A DNA stretch of 64,000 bases from a bacterium (GCA_965207065.1 OZ242260.1:2592001-2656000); one strand, 5' to 3'. Shown: positions 38,848-49,569, numbered from the stretch's first letter. The notes: a model not told the origin generated them from the letters alone. Made by a program: numbers and translations.

Positions 38848-38921
38848 TTGAGGGGGAGTGATTTTCTCTCTTGTGGGTCAGCCAGGATTCTCTAGAGAGG
38901 AGTGATTTCTCCCTATTCCCC

Positions 38922-39638
38922 TCAATTCTCCGCATCATCCCCGGGATACGGACACACCGCCCGTAGCGGGCATTCATCGCATTTGGGCTTGGGGCGGCAG
39001 AAGGTGTGCCCCAGGCGCACGAGCAGGGCGTGGTATTCGTTGAAAAGAGCCACATCTTCGGGCAGATGCGCCGTGAGGCTCTCCTGTAAGGCGAGGTAGG
39101 CCCTGTCTCCGTTTTTAGACGCCGCAAAATTTCCGAGCCGGGAGAATATGCGCTTCGTGTAGGCGTCCACCACGAAGGCGGGCCTCTCCGCGGCGTAGAG
39201 CGTGATGGAGTCGGCCGTCTCGCGCCCCACGCCGTCAAGGCCCATGAGTTCCTCATGCAATTCCTCCGTCGGCAGGCTCAAAAAATTGTCCACGTCACTA
39301 TCGAAATGTTTCGAGAGGTAGGCGATGAACCCTTTGATTCTTTTCGCCTTCATGTTGAAAAACCGGGCGGGCCGGATGAGGCGGGCAAGGCGGTCGCGCC
39401 GCACCTTCTTGAGCGCGCCCTCCGTCAGGAGGCCCTCTTTGTTAAGGTTCCCGATCGCGCGCGCCGCGTTCGCCCACGAGGTGTTCTGGACGAGAATGGC
39501 CCCCAGGCAGACTTCGAGCGTCGTCTCGCCGGGCCACCAGTCCTGCGGACCGAAACGCGTATACAGGCGCTCGTAAATATCCATGAGGCGCTTTCGGCTG
39601 AGGTCCGATTTCGGTGTGGATAATTTTCCCTGCGCCAT
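38922..39638 (-). CDS. Endonuclease III-related HhH-GPD DNA glycosylase with [4Fe-4S] motif
   Basis: WWPGET, GAILVQNTSW, LDGVGRETAD, VVDAYT and CRPKPKCDECPLRAVC. Confidence 0.88.
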   Translation of the reverse strand: MAQGKLSTPKSDLSRKRLMDIYERLYTRFGPQDWWPGETTLEVCLGAILVQNTSWANAARAIGNLNKEGLLTEGALKKVRRDRLARLIRPARFFNMKAKRIKGFIAYLSKHFDSDVDNFLSLPTEELHEELMGLDGVGRETADSITLYAAERPAFVVDAYTKRIFSRLGNFAASKNGDRAYLALQESLTAHLPEDVALFNEYHALLVRLGHTFCRPKPKCDECPLRAVCPYPGDDAEN

Positions 39639-39809
39639 GCTCGCCTCACTCAAGCCCGTGGTGTAGATTCCTACTTTTATATGGGCGGACTCCGAAGCGC
39701 AAAGACGCATCCTTAGCCCTTGCGTGGTTTCGTTACGCCACAGGATGGGCGATACAGGCGAACCGTGTTTCGCAATCATGGATTCACAACTCCGTATAAG
39801 GAACGTTCG

Positions 39810-40775
39810 ATGAAAAAAGGCGCGAAAATTCTTGTGGGCGACTGCGCCGGCGTGAAAGAAGGCGAGGACGTGCTCATCGTCACCGACGCCGAGCGTCTGC
39901 CCATCGCTCAGGCGCTTTGCGACGAGGCGGGAGATTTGGGCGCTTGGGCCACGATAGCCGTCTCACCGTCCAGAAGCATCGACAACGAGGAACCCCCGCG
40001 AGCGGTGGCCGAGGCGATGCGGGCGTCCGACGTGGTTTTCCTGCCCGTCACCCACGCTCTCGCCCATACGCGGGCGACGCGGGAGGCGGTCGGCGCAGGT
40101 GCGCGCGTGCTCTCGATGACGGCGTTCACGCCCGGCCAGATGGAGCACGGCGGCCTGATGGCCGATTTCAGGGCCAGAAAACCGCTCTGCGACGCCCTGG
40201 CTGCTCGGCTGAGCCAGGCGCGCGAAGTGCGCGTCACCAACCCGGCGGGTACCGAACTCGTGCTTTCAGTCGAAGGCCGCGCGGGCAACAGCCACGCCTG
40301 CGTGCTCGACGGCCCAGGCTTCACCGCCGTACCGAATATCGAGGCCAACACGTCGCCTCTGGACGGGACGACGAACGGCACGCTCGTGGTGGACGGCAGC
40401 ATTCCCTATTACGGCGTGGGGGTTATCGAGGAGCCTGTGACTTTCCGTATCGAGAAGGGATTCGTGCGGGAGATTTCGGGCGGGCGGCAGGCGGAATTCC
40501 TCGCTGAACTTCTGGCCGCGCAGGATGATAAATGGGTCTACAACGTCGCGCAGTTCGCGATGGGTCTCAATCCCGAATGTGTGGATTTCACCGGCGAGAT
40601 GCTGAATGACGAGGGTGTGAACGGCACGATCCACATCGGAATCGGAACCTCCGCCATGCTGGGCGGCGACGTGCAGGCCAAGACCCACTTCGACGCCATC
40701 ATCCGCGCGCCTTCGGTCTGGTTCGACGGCGAGGCCATCATCAGAGACGGCGAGATACTCCTGAGCGCGGAATGA
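39810..40775 (+). CDS. M29-like aminopeptidase / NicX-related protein
   Basis: VKEGEDVLIVTD, EEPP, GTLVVDGS, FAMGLNP, DEG…HIGIG and HFD. Confidence 0.8.
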   Translation: MKKGAKILVGDCAGVKEGEDVLIVTDAERLPIAQALCDEAGDLGAWATIAVSPSRSIDNEEPPRAVAEAMRASDVVFLPVTHALAHTRATREAVGAGARVLSMTAFTPGQMEHGGLMADFRARKPLCDALAARLSQAREVRVTNPAGTELVLSVEGRAGNSHACVLDGPGFTAVPNIEANTSPLDGTTNGTLVVDGSIPYYGVGVIEEPVTFRIEKGFVREISGGRQAEFLAELLAAQDDKWVYNVAQFAMGLNPECVDFTGEMLNDEGVNGTIHIGIGTSAMLGGDVQAKTHFDAIIRAPSVWFDGEAIIRDGEILLSAE

Positions 40776-40836
40776 TATTTGAACGCTTGCAGTTTCGCCT
40801 GGAAATGGAAAATTGTTTTTCAATGAGACGCGTTGA

Positions 40837-41373
40837 ATGAAAAAAATGAAGTTTGTTTCTATTTCCGCGTGCTTTCTCCTCTTGGTGATGGTCTGTCAAA
40901 GCACAGCCGCGCAGCCTTTGAACAAAAGCTACCTTCAGGGGCTTCTCTCGAATCCGCCCCGGCATCAGGAGAAATTAAAACCGGGGACGCGTCATGGCTG
41001 CGTCCACATACCCGCAAGGGGTTTCATACAAAGGCTCATGGTGGGCTTTGAAGTCACCGGGGAGAACTGTTCCGTAACGGTGAACCGGGACAACACCGTA
41101 GCGGTCAGTTTCCTGGGCGATGCCGTCATCCCCCTTGTGAGCACCAGCACGGAGCAACGCCGCAACGATATTTTCGTCGGGGGATTGGAAAAAGATCAGG
41201 TGCTCATCGTCCAGCATCATCGGGGCGAGGTCGTCTCGCTCACCCAGACCGTCTATGACGAAAGCGGCGACGTGGTGTATGGCCGCTCCGGGAATGGCGA
41301 CTATATCAGGGAATGCCACTTCGGCATGACGACATCCGAAAGGTTGGCCGGCAGAAAGAAGTGCAAAAAATAA
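40837..41373 (+). CDS. Secreted hypothetical protein
   Basis: Sec signal peptide (MKKMKF…STAA|Q); 178 aa; co-oriented with the operon. Confidence 0.65.
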   Translation: MKKMKFVSISACFLLLVMVCQSTAAQPLNKSYLQGLLSNPPRHQEKLKPGTRHGCVHIPARGFIQRLMVGFEVTGENCSVTVNRDNTVAVSFLGDAVIPLVSTSTEQRRNDIFVGGLEKDQVLIVQHHRGEVVSLTQTVYDESGDVVYGRSGNGDYIRECHFGMTTSERLAGRKKCKK

Positions 41374-41386
41374 TGTTGTATGCGAG

Positions 41387-43477
41387 ATGATGAGTAAAAA
41401 CATGAAAATTCGCTTGGGGATAGACATCGGGGGCACGTTCACCGACCTCGTGCTGATTGACGAGGCGCGCGGCGCGGTCCATATCGCCAAGGTACTGACC
41501 ACGCCCGATGACCCAGCGGAGGGCGCGCTTACAGGTTTTCAGAACATATTGAAGGCCGCAGGCCTTGAAGCGTCCGGCCTCGCGAGCATCGTTCACGCCA
41601 CCACCCTCATCACCAACGCGCTGATCGAGCGAAAAGGCGCGCGCACGGGCCTCATCACCACAAAGGGGTTCTCGGACGTCATCGAGATCGGCCGCGAGAA
41701 GCGCTTCGACCTCTACGACCTGCACCAGGAGATGCCCGAGCCGCTTGTTCCCGGGGAGTTGCGGGCCGAGGTTCCCGAACGCGTCCACGTGGATGGCGAA
41801 TTGGCGGTTGCCCTGGACGTGGAGGCCGTGAAGCGCGAGGCGGAAAAACTCCTGAAGCTGGGGGCGGAATCCATCGCCGTATCGTTTCTCCATGCGCCCG
41901 TGAATCCTGCGAACGAAAGGGCGGCCCGGGCGGCTATCGAGGAAATCGCGGGCGGTATGGCCGTTTCCATCTCATCCGAGGTGGCCCCCGAGACGGGCGA
42001 GTACGAGCGCACCTCCACTACGGCGGCGAACGCCTACGTGCGGCCCATCGCCGATGCGTACCTCACGCGCCTGCTCGCCAGCCTGCGGGATTCGGGCTTC
42101 GCGGGCGATCTCTTCATCATGCTCTCCAATTCCGGCTTCGCCACGATCGACAGCGTGCGTGAGCATCCCGTGCGCATCATCGAGTCGGGGCCCGCGGGCG
42201 GCGCGCTCGCGGCGGCGCAAATCGCCCGCTCGCTGGGCGAGGCCCACGCCCTCGGATTCGACATGGGCGGCACCACGGCCAAGATCTGCCTGATCGAAGA
42301 CGGTGAACCCGCGACGGAGAACCGCTTCGAGGTGGCGCGGACGTCCAGGTTCCAGAAAGGGAGCGGACTGCCCATCCTCTCGCCCACGGTGGACCTGGTC
42401 GAGATAGGTGCTGGCGGCGGCAGTATCGCCGGGATAAGCGACCTGGGGCTGATCCGGGTCGGTCCGCAGAGCGCGGGCGCGACCCCGGGGCCCGCCTGCT
42501 ACGATCAGGGAGGGACGCAGCCCACCGTCACGGACGCGAACCTGCTGCTAGGCTATCTCAATCCCGAATTCTTCCTGGGCGGCGCCATGCGGCTCGACTC
42601 AGAAAAAGCACACGAGGCCGTCTCCTCCCTGGCCGGTAAGCTGGACATGAGGGTCGAGGATGCGGCGTGGGGGATATATGAGATCATCACCGAGCAGATG
42701 GCGAGCGCCGCGCGCGTGCACATCGCCGAAAAAGGAGGCGACCCCAGGAACTACGCCCTGATCGCCACGGGCGGGGCCGCGCCGCTTCACGCCTGCCACA
42801 TGGCGAAAAAACTCTATATCCGCCGCATCGTCTGCCCGCCGGACGTGGGCGTGGCCTCGGCGGCCGGTCTCCTGGCGGCAAGGCCGAGGGCGGACGCCGT
42901 CCGCGTCCTGGTGTCCGACGTGGATGCCGTCGACTGGACGCGCGTCGAGACGTTGTACCGGGAGATGGCCGCTCAGATGAAGGATTCCCTGGGCGATAGA
43001 ATCGGCGTGGACGGACGCTGGGAGTTTCTGTGTGCAGCCGACATGCGCTACCGGGGGCAGACGGATACGGTAAGCGTCCCCTTGCCCGAGGCGGGGGGGA
43101 TGCCGGTTCGCGACGCCGCGAACATGCAGGAGTCCTTCGAGCGCGCCTATGAGCGGCGGTATTTGCGAAAAATCGAGAACGTGGCGGCGGAGGTGGCCGC
43201 GTGGCGGCTGACGATGCTGGGGCCGGGTCCCCAGGGCATGGACGTCGCACCGCTTGCGGATGAGGCGGAATTCGAGAAGGGGAGGAGAAAGATATACGCA
43301 GGTCCCGAGCGTGGATTCGGTGAGGCGCGCGTGTATCACCGGTATTCGCTGCCCGCCGGGCGGGAGTTCTCAGGCCCCGCCATCGTCGAGGAGCGTGAAT
43401 CCACCATCGTGGTGCCAGGAGACGCGCGTTTTCGTAAAGACGCGGGCGGCCACATCGTCATCGAGGTGAACGGATAA
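41387..43477 (+). CDS. Hydantoinase A/oxoprolinase family subunit
   Basis: GIDIGGTFTD, HATTLITNA, EYERTST, SGPAGG, DMGGTT and PTVTDAN. Confidence 0.93.
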   Translation: MMSKNMKIRLGIDIGGTFTDLVLIDEARGAVHIAKVLTTPDDPAEGALTGFQNILKAAGLEASGLASIVHATTLITNALIERKGARTGLITTKGFSDVIEIGREKRFDLYDLHQEMPEPLVPGELRAEVPERVHVDGELAVALDVEAVKREAEKLLKLGAESIAVSFLHAPVNPANERAARAAIEEIAGGMAVSISSEVAPETGEYERTSTTAANAYVRPIADAYLTRLLASLRDSGFAGDLFIMLSNSGFATIDSVREHPVRIIESGPAGGALAAAQIARSLGEAHALGFDMGGTTAKICLIEDGEPATENRFEVARTSRFQKGSGLPILSPTVDLVEIGAGGGSIAGISDLGLIRVGPQSAGATPGPACYDQGGTQPTVTDANLLLGYLNPEFFLGGAMRLDSEKAHEAVSSLAGKLDMRVEDAAWGIYEIITEQMASAARVHIAEKGGDPRNYALIATGGAAPLHACHMAKKLYIRRIVCPPDVGVASAAGLLAARPRADAVRVLVSDVDAVDWTRVETLYREMAAQMKDSLGDRIGVDGRWEFLCAADMRYRGQTDTVSVPLPEAGGMPVRDAANMQESFERAYERRYLRKIENVAAEVAAWRLTMLGPGPQGMDVAPLADEAEFEKGRRKIYAGPERGFGEARVYHRYSLPAGREFSGPAIVEERESTIVVPGDARFRKDAGGHIVIEVNG

Positions 43478-45021
43478 TGTCGTTCGATCCCATCACGCTG
43501 GAAGTGCTCTGGCGGCGTCTCATCGGCATCGTGGACGAGGCGGCGGCGACGCTCGTGCGCACCTCTTTCTCGACGCTGGTGCGCGAGTCGAACGATTTCT
43601 CCTGCGTTATTACCGACGATCAGGGCCACTCCCTCGTGCAGTCCTCGGCCAGCATCGCCTCGTTCATCGGCACCCTGCCGATAACGGTTCGCCATTTCTT
43701 GAGAGCGTTTCCGCCCGAGGCTTTAGAACCCGGCGACATCCTCATCACCAACGACATCTGGTACGGAACGGGCCACCTCCCCGACGTGAACATCGTGAAG
43801 CCGGTGTTCTACCGGGATAAATTCATCGGGTTTTCGGCCAGCACGGCGCATCTGCCGGACATCGGGGGCAAAATCCGCTCGCCCGACCCGAGGGAGGTCT
43901 ACGAGGAGGGCCTCCAGATCCCCATGATGAAGATGTACCGGCGCGGCGAGCCCGACCAGACGCTTATCGACCTCATCCGCTACAACGTTCGCGTGCCCGA
44001 CCTGGTGATGGGCGACATCAACGCCCAGCTCACGGCGAACCGCCTGGCGGAAAAGCGCCTGGGCGATCTGCTGGATGAATACGGCCTGGACGATTTGCGC
44101 GCGCTTACGAAGGAGATCCAGGGCCGATCGGAGAAAGCCATGCGCGACGCTCTGCTTCGCCTGCCCGACGGGGAATTCGCGTCCGAAATCGAGACCGACG
44201 GCCTCGCGGAACCCATTCGAGTGCGGACGCGTATAGAAAAGACAGGCGATTCCCTGGTTATCGACTATGCGGGCTCCTCGCCCCAGGTCGACCGCGCCGT
44301 GAACGTGGCCTACAACTACACCTATGCCTATTCGGTCTACCCCATCAAGTGCGTCCTGTGCCCCGAGGTTCCCAACAACGAGGGATGTTTCCGGCCCATC
44401 GACGTGCGGACGGAGCCGGGCAGCATCCTGGAGCCGCTCCACCCCGCCGCCGGAGGGGGCCGGATGCTGGTGGGCCACTATCTGCCCGCCGCCGTTTTCG
44501 AGGCGCTCGCCCCCGTCATTCCTGAGGAGGTGCCCGCGGCGAGCGGCTCTCCGCTCTGGTGCGTGAACTATACGGGGCTGGACAAGCGCGGCGTCCGGAC
44601 GGCGGGGCTTTTCTTCCAGAACGGGGGTACGGGCGCCACCGCGCGCGGGGACGGCCATGCCTGCCTGAGCTATCCCAGCAACGTCTCCCACACGCCGATC
44701 GAGGTTATCGAGCGCATCACGCCCTTCACCCTCATCGAGAAGACGATACTGAGAGATTCCGGCGGCGCCGGAAAATTCCGGGGCGGCTGCGGGCAGCGCA
44801 TCGTCTTCCGGAACGATTCTCCCGCGCGCATCACCGTCTCGTTCATGGCCGAGCGCACGAAATCGCCGGCACCTGGCCTGTTCGGCGGCGGGCATGGCGG
44901 GCGGGGGCAGGTGCGCATCAACGAGCGCGAAATCGACCCCAAGGTCACCACCGACATGGAGCCGGGCGATACCCTCACCCTCATCACGCCGGGCGGCGGG
45001 GGCTACGGGGAGGCGGAATGA
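43477..45021 (+). CDS. Hydantoinase B/oxoprolinase family subunit
   Basis: RTSFSTLVRESNDFS, GHLPD, HLPDIGG, YEEG, DSGGAGKFRGG and TPGGGGYG. Confidence 0.93.
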   Translation: MSFDPITLEVLWRRLIGIVDEAAATLVRTSFSTLVRESNDFSCVITDDQGHSLVQSSASIASFIGTLPITVRHFLRAFPPEALEPGDILITNDIWYGTGHLPDVNIVKPVFYRDKFIGFSASTAHLPDIGGKIRSPDPREVYEEGLQIPMMKMYRRGEPDQTLIDLIRYNVRVPDLVMGDINAQLTANRLAEKRLGDLLDEYGLDDLRALTKEIQGRSEKAMRDALLRLPDGEFASEIETDGLAEPIRVRTRIEKTGDSLVIDYAGSSPQVDRAVNVAYNYTYAYSVYPIKCVLCPEVPNNEGCFRPIDVRTEPGSILEPLHPAAGGGRMLVGHYLPAAVFEALAPVIPEEVPAASGSPLWCVNYTGLDKRGVRTAGLFFQNGGTGATARGDGHACLSYPSNVSHTPIEVIERITPFTLIEKTILRDSGGAGKFRGGCGQRIVFRNDSPARITVSFMAERTKSPAPGLFGGGHGGRGQVRINEREIDPKVTTDMEPGDTLTLITPGGGGYGEAE

Positions 45022-45470
45022 CGAAGCCTCTGCTCTCAGGTGACGCCTGGGCGTTCGTGAAGCGCGCGCGCGTGGCGCGCCTGGCGACGGCGGGCAAGGA
45101 TGCCGCGCCCCACGTCGTGCCCGTGGTTTTCGCCGTGGTGGACGGGAAAATTTACATCCCGGTGGACGGCAAGCAGAAAAAAGACATCGAACGGCTGAAA
45201 CGGCTCGACAACATCCGCGAGAACGCGCAGGTTTCGTTTCTGGTGGATCATTACGAGGACGACTGGGCGAAACTCGGCTTCGTCCTCATCTTCGGGAACG
45301 CGCGGATCATCCATGCCGAGGCGGACGCTGCGGCGTATGAGAAGGCGGCGGCGCTTCTCCGGGAGAAATACGCGCAGTACCGGGGCCCCATCACCATCCA
45401 CGCCTGGATGATAGAGATAACGCCGCACCGCGCCGCATCCTGGGGCGCGCTGGAGACAGAGGAGCTTTAA
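45018..45470 (+). CDS. PPOX-class (pyridoxamine 5'-phosphate oxidase-like) putative F420/FMN-binding protein
   Basis: ARVARLAT…PHVVPVVFA…KRLDNIRENAQVSFLVDHYEDDW…KYAQY. Confidence 0.85.
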   Translation: MTKPLLSGDAWAFVKRARVARLATAGKDAAPHVVPVVFAVVDGKIYIPVDGKQKKDIERLKRLDNIRENAQVSFLVDHYEDDWAKLGFVLIFGNARIIHAEADAAAYEKAAALLREKYAQYRGPITIHAWMIEITPHRAASWGALETEEL

Positions 45471-45472
45471 TT

Positions 45473-46297
45473 GTGAAACTGAGCTACCAGATCGCCACGC
45501 CGGACATTTCTACACCCAACCTCCCCAGCGCGCAGGGCACCCTGGAGGAGAACCTCGACTGCATCGCCGAGGCGGGTTTCGAGGCGGTGGAGCTTTCGGT
45601 GCGAAAACCCGATGAACTCGATTTGGAAGAGATTGAGAAGCAGATCAACAGCCGGGGACTCTCCGTCTCGATGATCCACACCGCAGCCATGGGCTTTCAG
45701 GACAGAATATGGCTGTGCCACCCCGTTCCCGAGATCAGGGACGTCTCTTATCGCCGCCACCTGGATGCGCTCGAAATGGCGCACAGGTTCGGGTGCGGCA
45801 TGGTGATCGGCTCCTCGCGCGGGAATCTCTGCGAGGACGAGCGGCGCGATGATTCTCTCCGCTGGATGCGCGACGCGCTATTGGGTCTTTCGGATGAAGC
45901 CGCCTCGCGGGGGGCCAGGCTCTATCTCGAACCCTTGTGCAGCCACTGGATCAATAACGTGACCACGGCTGCCGAAGGTGTGACGCTTTGCCGGGAACTC
46001 GATCACGAGTCCTTCGTGCTCATGCTCGACACCTACCACATGAACGTGGATGAAGCGTCGTTCACGGCTCCCATACTGGAATCGAGAGAGCTTCTCGGCC
46101 ACATGCACATCGCCGAGAATAACCGCTACTATCCTGGCGGGGGGCACATACCCTTTGGCGAAATCATTGGGGCGCTGCGCTCGATAGGGTATGACGGATA
46201 CCTGACGTGCCAGATTGTCTCAAAGCCCGACATTCAGACGGCGGCGAGGCTGGCGGCGGAGAATCTGCGGGCGCTCATTGCGGATGGGGCATCATAA
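45473..46297 (+). CDS. Sugar phosphate isomerase/epimerase (xylose isomerase-like TIM barrel)
   Basis: GFEAVEL, LEPL, LDTYHMN and HMHIAENNRYYPGGG. Confidence 0.88.
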   Translation: MKLSYQIATPDISTPNLPSAQGTLEENLDCIAEAGFEAVELSVRKPDELDLEEIEKQINSRGLSVSMIHTAAMGFQDRIWLCHPVPEIRDVSYRRHLDALEMAHRFGCGMVIGSSRGNLCEDERRDDSLRWMRDALLGLSDEAASRGARLYLEPLCSHWINNVTTAAEGVTLCRELDHESFVLMLDTYHMNVDEASFTAPILESRELLGHMHIAENNRYYPGGGHIPFGEIIGALRSIGYDGYLTCQIVSKPDIQTAARLAAENLRALIADGAS

Positions 46298-46423
46298 TCT
46301 ATTTTCTGCCCTCTTGAGGGTCATCGGCAACCGATGAAAGAGGAAGAAACACTCCCCCCTTATTTGCCACTCCGCTTCAGTTTGTAGAATCACTTCCTCC
46401 TTGAGAGGGAAACCCCATAAAGT

Positions 46424-46537
46424 CAACCCCCCCTACCCCCCCTTGTCAGGGGGGTATAAAAAGGCGATGCGCCCCCGCCAGGTAGAGGAGGCTTTGCTTT
46501 TTCTTGCCCCCCTGACAAGGGGGGGTAGGGGGGGTTG
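46424..46537. repeat. 114 bp palindromic element, copy 2
   Basis: Near-identical to 18985-19098. A MITE-like right end (ggactttttcaactaccc) lies nearby at 46607-46624. Confidence 0.9.
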
Positions 46538-46693
46538 GTTCCGACGAGGGAACTCGGGGGTTCGCGCGAAAGCGGCCTTCCCGTTAAAGGCAATGTCCCC
46601 CGACGAGGACTTTTTCAACTACCCGTCGCTTTGAGGGTGTCCATACCCGACGCCACCAGAGGGACGCGGACCCTCATCAGGAGAGATAAAGCC

Positions 46694-47845
46694 TTATTTC
46701 TTGAGTGAAAAAAGGCGCCTCGCCAGTTCGGCATCGGGTATGGAAATTTTCCCCTCCCACGCCAGTTCGGCCAGGAGCCTTCCCGTGAGGGGGCCGAACT
46801 TGAATCCGTGGCCCGAGAAGCCGGCCCCGAACGCAATGCGCGGGTTCTCGGGATGCAAGTCGATGATGAAATCCTCGTTCGGTGCGTTGGTGTAGAGGCA
46901 GTGTTCCGCGCCTACGAGCGTCCAGTTCTTGCAGGTGAAAAAGCGCGCGATGAAGCGCTTCACATCGTCAATTTTCTCCTGGTCGATGGCGTCGGGCGGG
47001 TTGTCCGGATCGTCATCCACCCCGACTCTCAGGTGACGGCCCACCTTGACGCCCACGCGCCCGAATTCGGGCATTCCGTAGAACAGGTTGTTCTCGTCCT
47101 GTTCCCTGTAGGCCCAGACCGGGAAACGGCCGGGCCGGTAGGCGTCCGGATCGTCTTCGGGCGTGAAGTATCCTACCGTCTGCCGGGCGATGTTGAGACT
47201 GGGTTTCAGGAACGGGAGCAAACCCTTCGCCCACGCCCCCGCCGCCACGACGAGGCGTTCGGTCTCGAGAGTCCCCCCGCTCGTCTCGACCTTTACGGGG
47301 TCAGACGCCGTGTCGATTCCGTGGACGACGGTGTTCTCATGGATTTGCGCGCCGTTCTCGCGCGCCAGCGCGGCGAGCGATTCGATGGCCTCTACCGAGG
47401 ATATGAAACCCCCCGTCTTGTCCAGCAGGGCGCTTTCGGCGCCCTCGAAGGTGAACTGGGGAAACTTCCCCCGCGCCTCGTCCGCGGTGAGAAGCTCCAC
47501 GTCCACGCCCTCTTGCGTGACCGCGTGGATGTAGGAATGGTAACGCTCACACGGCGGCCCGGTGTATATCCCGGGATTGGAATAGACGAGTTTTTTTCGC
47601 AAGTCTTTTTCGAGCCTGGGCCACTCTTCGGTGTGTACCCACTGCATGAGGCGGACGTATTCGGGCGCGACGTAGGCGCTTCTCGTCACGCGGGCGGCGC
47701 CGTGCGAACTGCCCCTGTCATGGCCGATCTCGAAGCGCTCCACCAGCCCGACGCGCTCGGCCCCCAGGCGCTTCAGGTGATAGAGCGCCGAGAGCCCGTT
47801 GATTCCGCCACCAATGACCAGGGCGTCGTAAGTATCGCCGTTCAT
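46694..47845 (-). CDS. solA: Monomeric sarcosine oxidase / N-methyltryptophan oxidase family
   Basis: VIGGGING, GSSHGAARVTR, CLYT (covalent-FAD Cys) and GFSGHGFKFGP. Confidence 0.85.
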   Translation of the reverse strand: MNGDTYDALVIGGGINGLSALYHLKRLGAERVGLVERFEIGHDRGSSHGAARVTRSAYVAPEYVRLMQWVHTEEWPRLEKDLRKKLVYSNPGIYTGPPCERYHSYIHAVTQEGVDVELLTADEARGKFPQFTFEGAESALLDKTGGFISSVEAIESLAALARENGAQIHENTVVHGIDTASDPVKVETSGGTLETERLVVAAGAWAKGLLPFLKPSLNIARQTVGYFTPEDDPDAYRPGRFPVWAYREQDENNLFYGMPEFGRVGVKVGRHLRVGVDDDPDNPPDAIDQEKIDDVKRFIARFFTCKNWTLVGAEHCLYTNAPNEDFIIDLHPENPRIAFGAGFSGHGFKFGPLTGRLLAELAWEGKISIPDAELARRLFSLKK

Positions 47846-48083
47846 GGGGGATGACCTCGTGGGATAGTGGTAGCGCACCAAGATTTCCGCTTACACGGTG
47901 CGGGCAGACCTTTTCACGTCATCTATATGGGATCATCCATAGCAAATCGGCGTGATTCCGCCAAGTGCGCCTAAGACTTGAAAGAACAAGAAACCCCCTC
48001 CCGAGAAGGCGAAAGCCGACTTGTCGTGGTAAGCTTGCGTTTCATCAAACAGGTGGAAGCGGAATGTAATTCACTCAGTTGGA

Positions 48084-49520
48084 ATGGAGGTGAAAATGAG
48101 CGCCGATGGACTGAATTTTCTCTCAATATCTGAACTTGCCCAACAAATCGAGGGCAAGGAAATCTCTCCGCGCGAGGTGGTGGACGCGCATTTGCGGCAA
48201 ATCGAGGCCCTGAACCCCGAACTTAACGCGTTCATCACCGTGTGCGCGGAAGAGGCCCGCGAGGACGCGGCAAAGGCGGAAAGTGAGATTCAGGGCGGCC
48301 GCTACCGCGGCCCTCTGCACGGCGTACCGGTCGGGATCAAGGACATCATCGATACCGCGGGCGTGCTGACGACGCAGGGGTCGAGTTTCTTCCCGGATAA
48401 CGTCCCGGCGGCGGATGCCGAGTGCGTGAGAAAGCTCAAGGAGGCGGGCGCCGTCATCGTCGGCAAATGCAACACGCACGAGTTCGCGGCGGGCTCCACC
48501 ACGGTGAACCCCCACTACGGCCCGGCGCGCAATCCCTGGAATCCCGAGCGGGTATCGGGCGGTTCGAGCGGCGGTTCGGGCGCGGCGGTCGCGGCCTTCA
48601 TGTGCCCCGGCGCGGTGGGGACCGACACGGGCGGCTCCATCCGGGGGCCTGCGAGCGCATGCGGCACGATGGGCTTGAAACCCACGTACGGCCGCGTGAG
48701 CGTTCGCGGCATTTTTCCGAACTCTACGACGCTCGACCACGCCGGCCCGCTTGCGAGGACGGCGCGCGATTGCGGCATCATGCTACAGGCCATGGCGGGC
48801 TACGACCCGGCGGACGCGGGCTCCAAGGATCGCGAAACGCCCGATTTCTGCGCCCTGATAGGCGAGGACGTCCAGGGCATGCGCTTCGGCATCTGCGAGG
48901 ACCTCTATCTCCCGGAAAACGACGCTTCGGTGCAGAAAGGCTTCGAGAATGCGATAGAGACCATGAAGGCTCTGGGCGGCGTGGTCGTTCATGTGCGTTA
49001 TCCCAACGCCGAACGGATGAGAGAGGTGCGGCGCATCATCGCCAGCGCCGAACTGGCGTCGGTTCACCGCGAGCGACTCGCCTCGAATCCCGATAAATTC
49101 GGCGACGACGTCCGCGAGCGCCTGGAGATATCGAGCCGCGTGACGCTGGATGAATACGCGCAAGCCATGAGAGAACGGCCCACGCTCACCCGCGAAATGG
49201 AGAGTGTGTTCGACGAGATCGATATTTTCCTGGCGCCCGGCTATCCTTGCCCCGCGGGGTCCGTTGCGACGGAGATGGGTACGGTGAACGGGAAGGAGCT
49301 CTCCTTCACGGGCCTTGGCAGGCCGCAGACCGGCCCTTACAACCTGTTCGGCTTCCCGGTCATGTCCGCGCCTTCGGGTTTCAGCGCGGACGGCCTGCCC
49401 GTTTCGGTGCAGATCGTGGGGCCGCCCTGGGAGGAAGCCCGCGTGCTTCAGGTGTCCCATGTGTTTGAGGAAGCCACGCCGGACATCCGGAATAAGAAGC
49501 CACCCATGTGCGGCGGGTGA
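48084..49520 (+). CDS. Amidase signature family protein
   Basis: GPLHGVPVGIKD, GGSSGGSGAA and GTDTGGSIR. Confidence 0.93.
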   Translation: MEVKMSADGLNFLSISELAQQIEGKEISPREVVDAHLRQIEALNPELNAFITVCAEEAREDAAKAESEIQGGRYRGPLHGVPVGIKDIIDTAGVLTTQGSSFFPDNVPAADAECVRKLKEAGAVIVGKCNTHEFAAGSTTVNPHYGPARNPWNPERVSGGSSGGSGAAVAAFMCPGAVGTDTGGSIRGPASACGTMGLKPTYGRVSVRGIFPNSTTLDHAGPLARTARDCGIMLQAMAGYDPADAGSKDRETPDFCALIGEDVQGMRFGICEDLYLPENDASVQKGFENAIETMKALGGVVVHVRYPNAERMREVRRIIASAELASVHRERLASNPDKFGDDVRERLEISSRVTLDEYAQAMRERPTLTREMESVFDEIDIFLAPGYPCPAGSVATEMGTVNGKELSFTGLGRPQTGPYNLFGFPVMSAPSGFSADGLPVSVQIVGPPWEEARVLQVSHVFEEATPDIRNKKPPMCGG

Positions 49521-49569
49521 TTTTCCTGACACAATTTTCATGGTCTTTTTCTTGTGAGGGTATTTAGAC

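Noticed and set aside
48084-49520. Calling the amidase gatA
   Set aside because: No gatB or gatC is adjacent and GatA-specific segments are not evident; left as a generic amidase.
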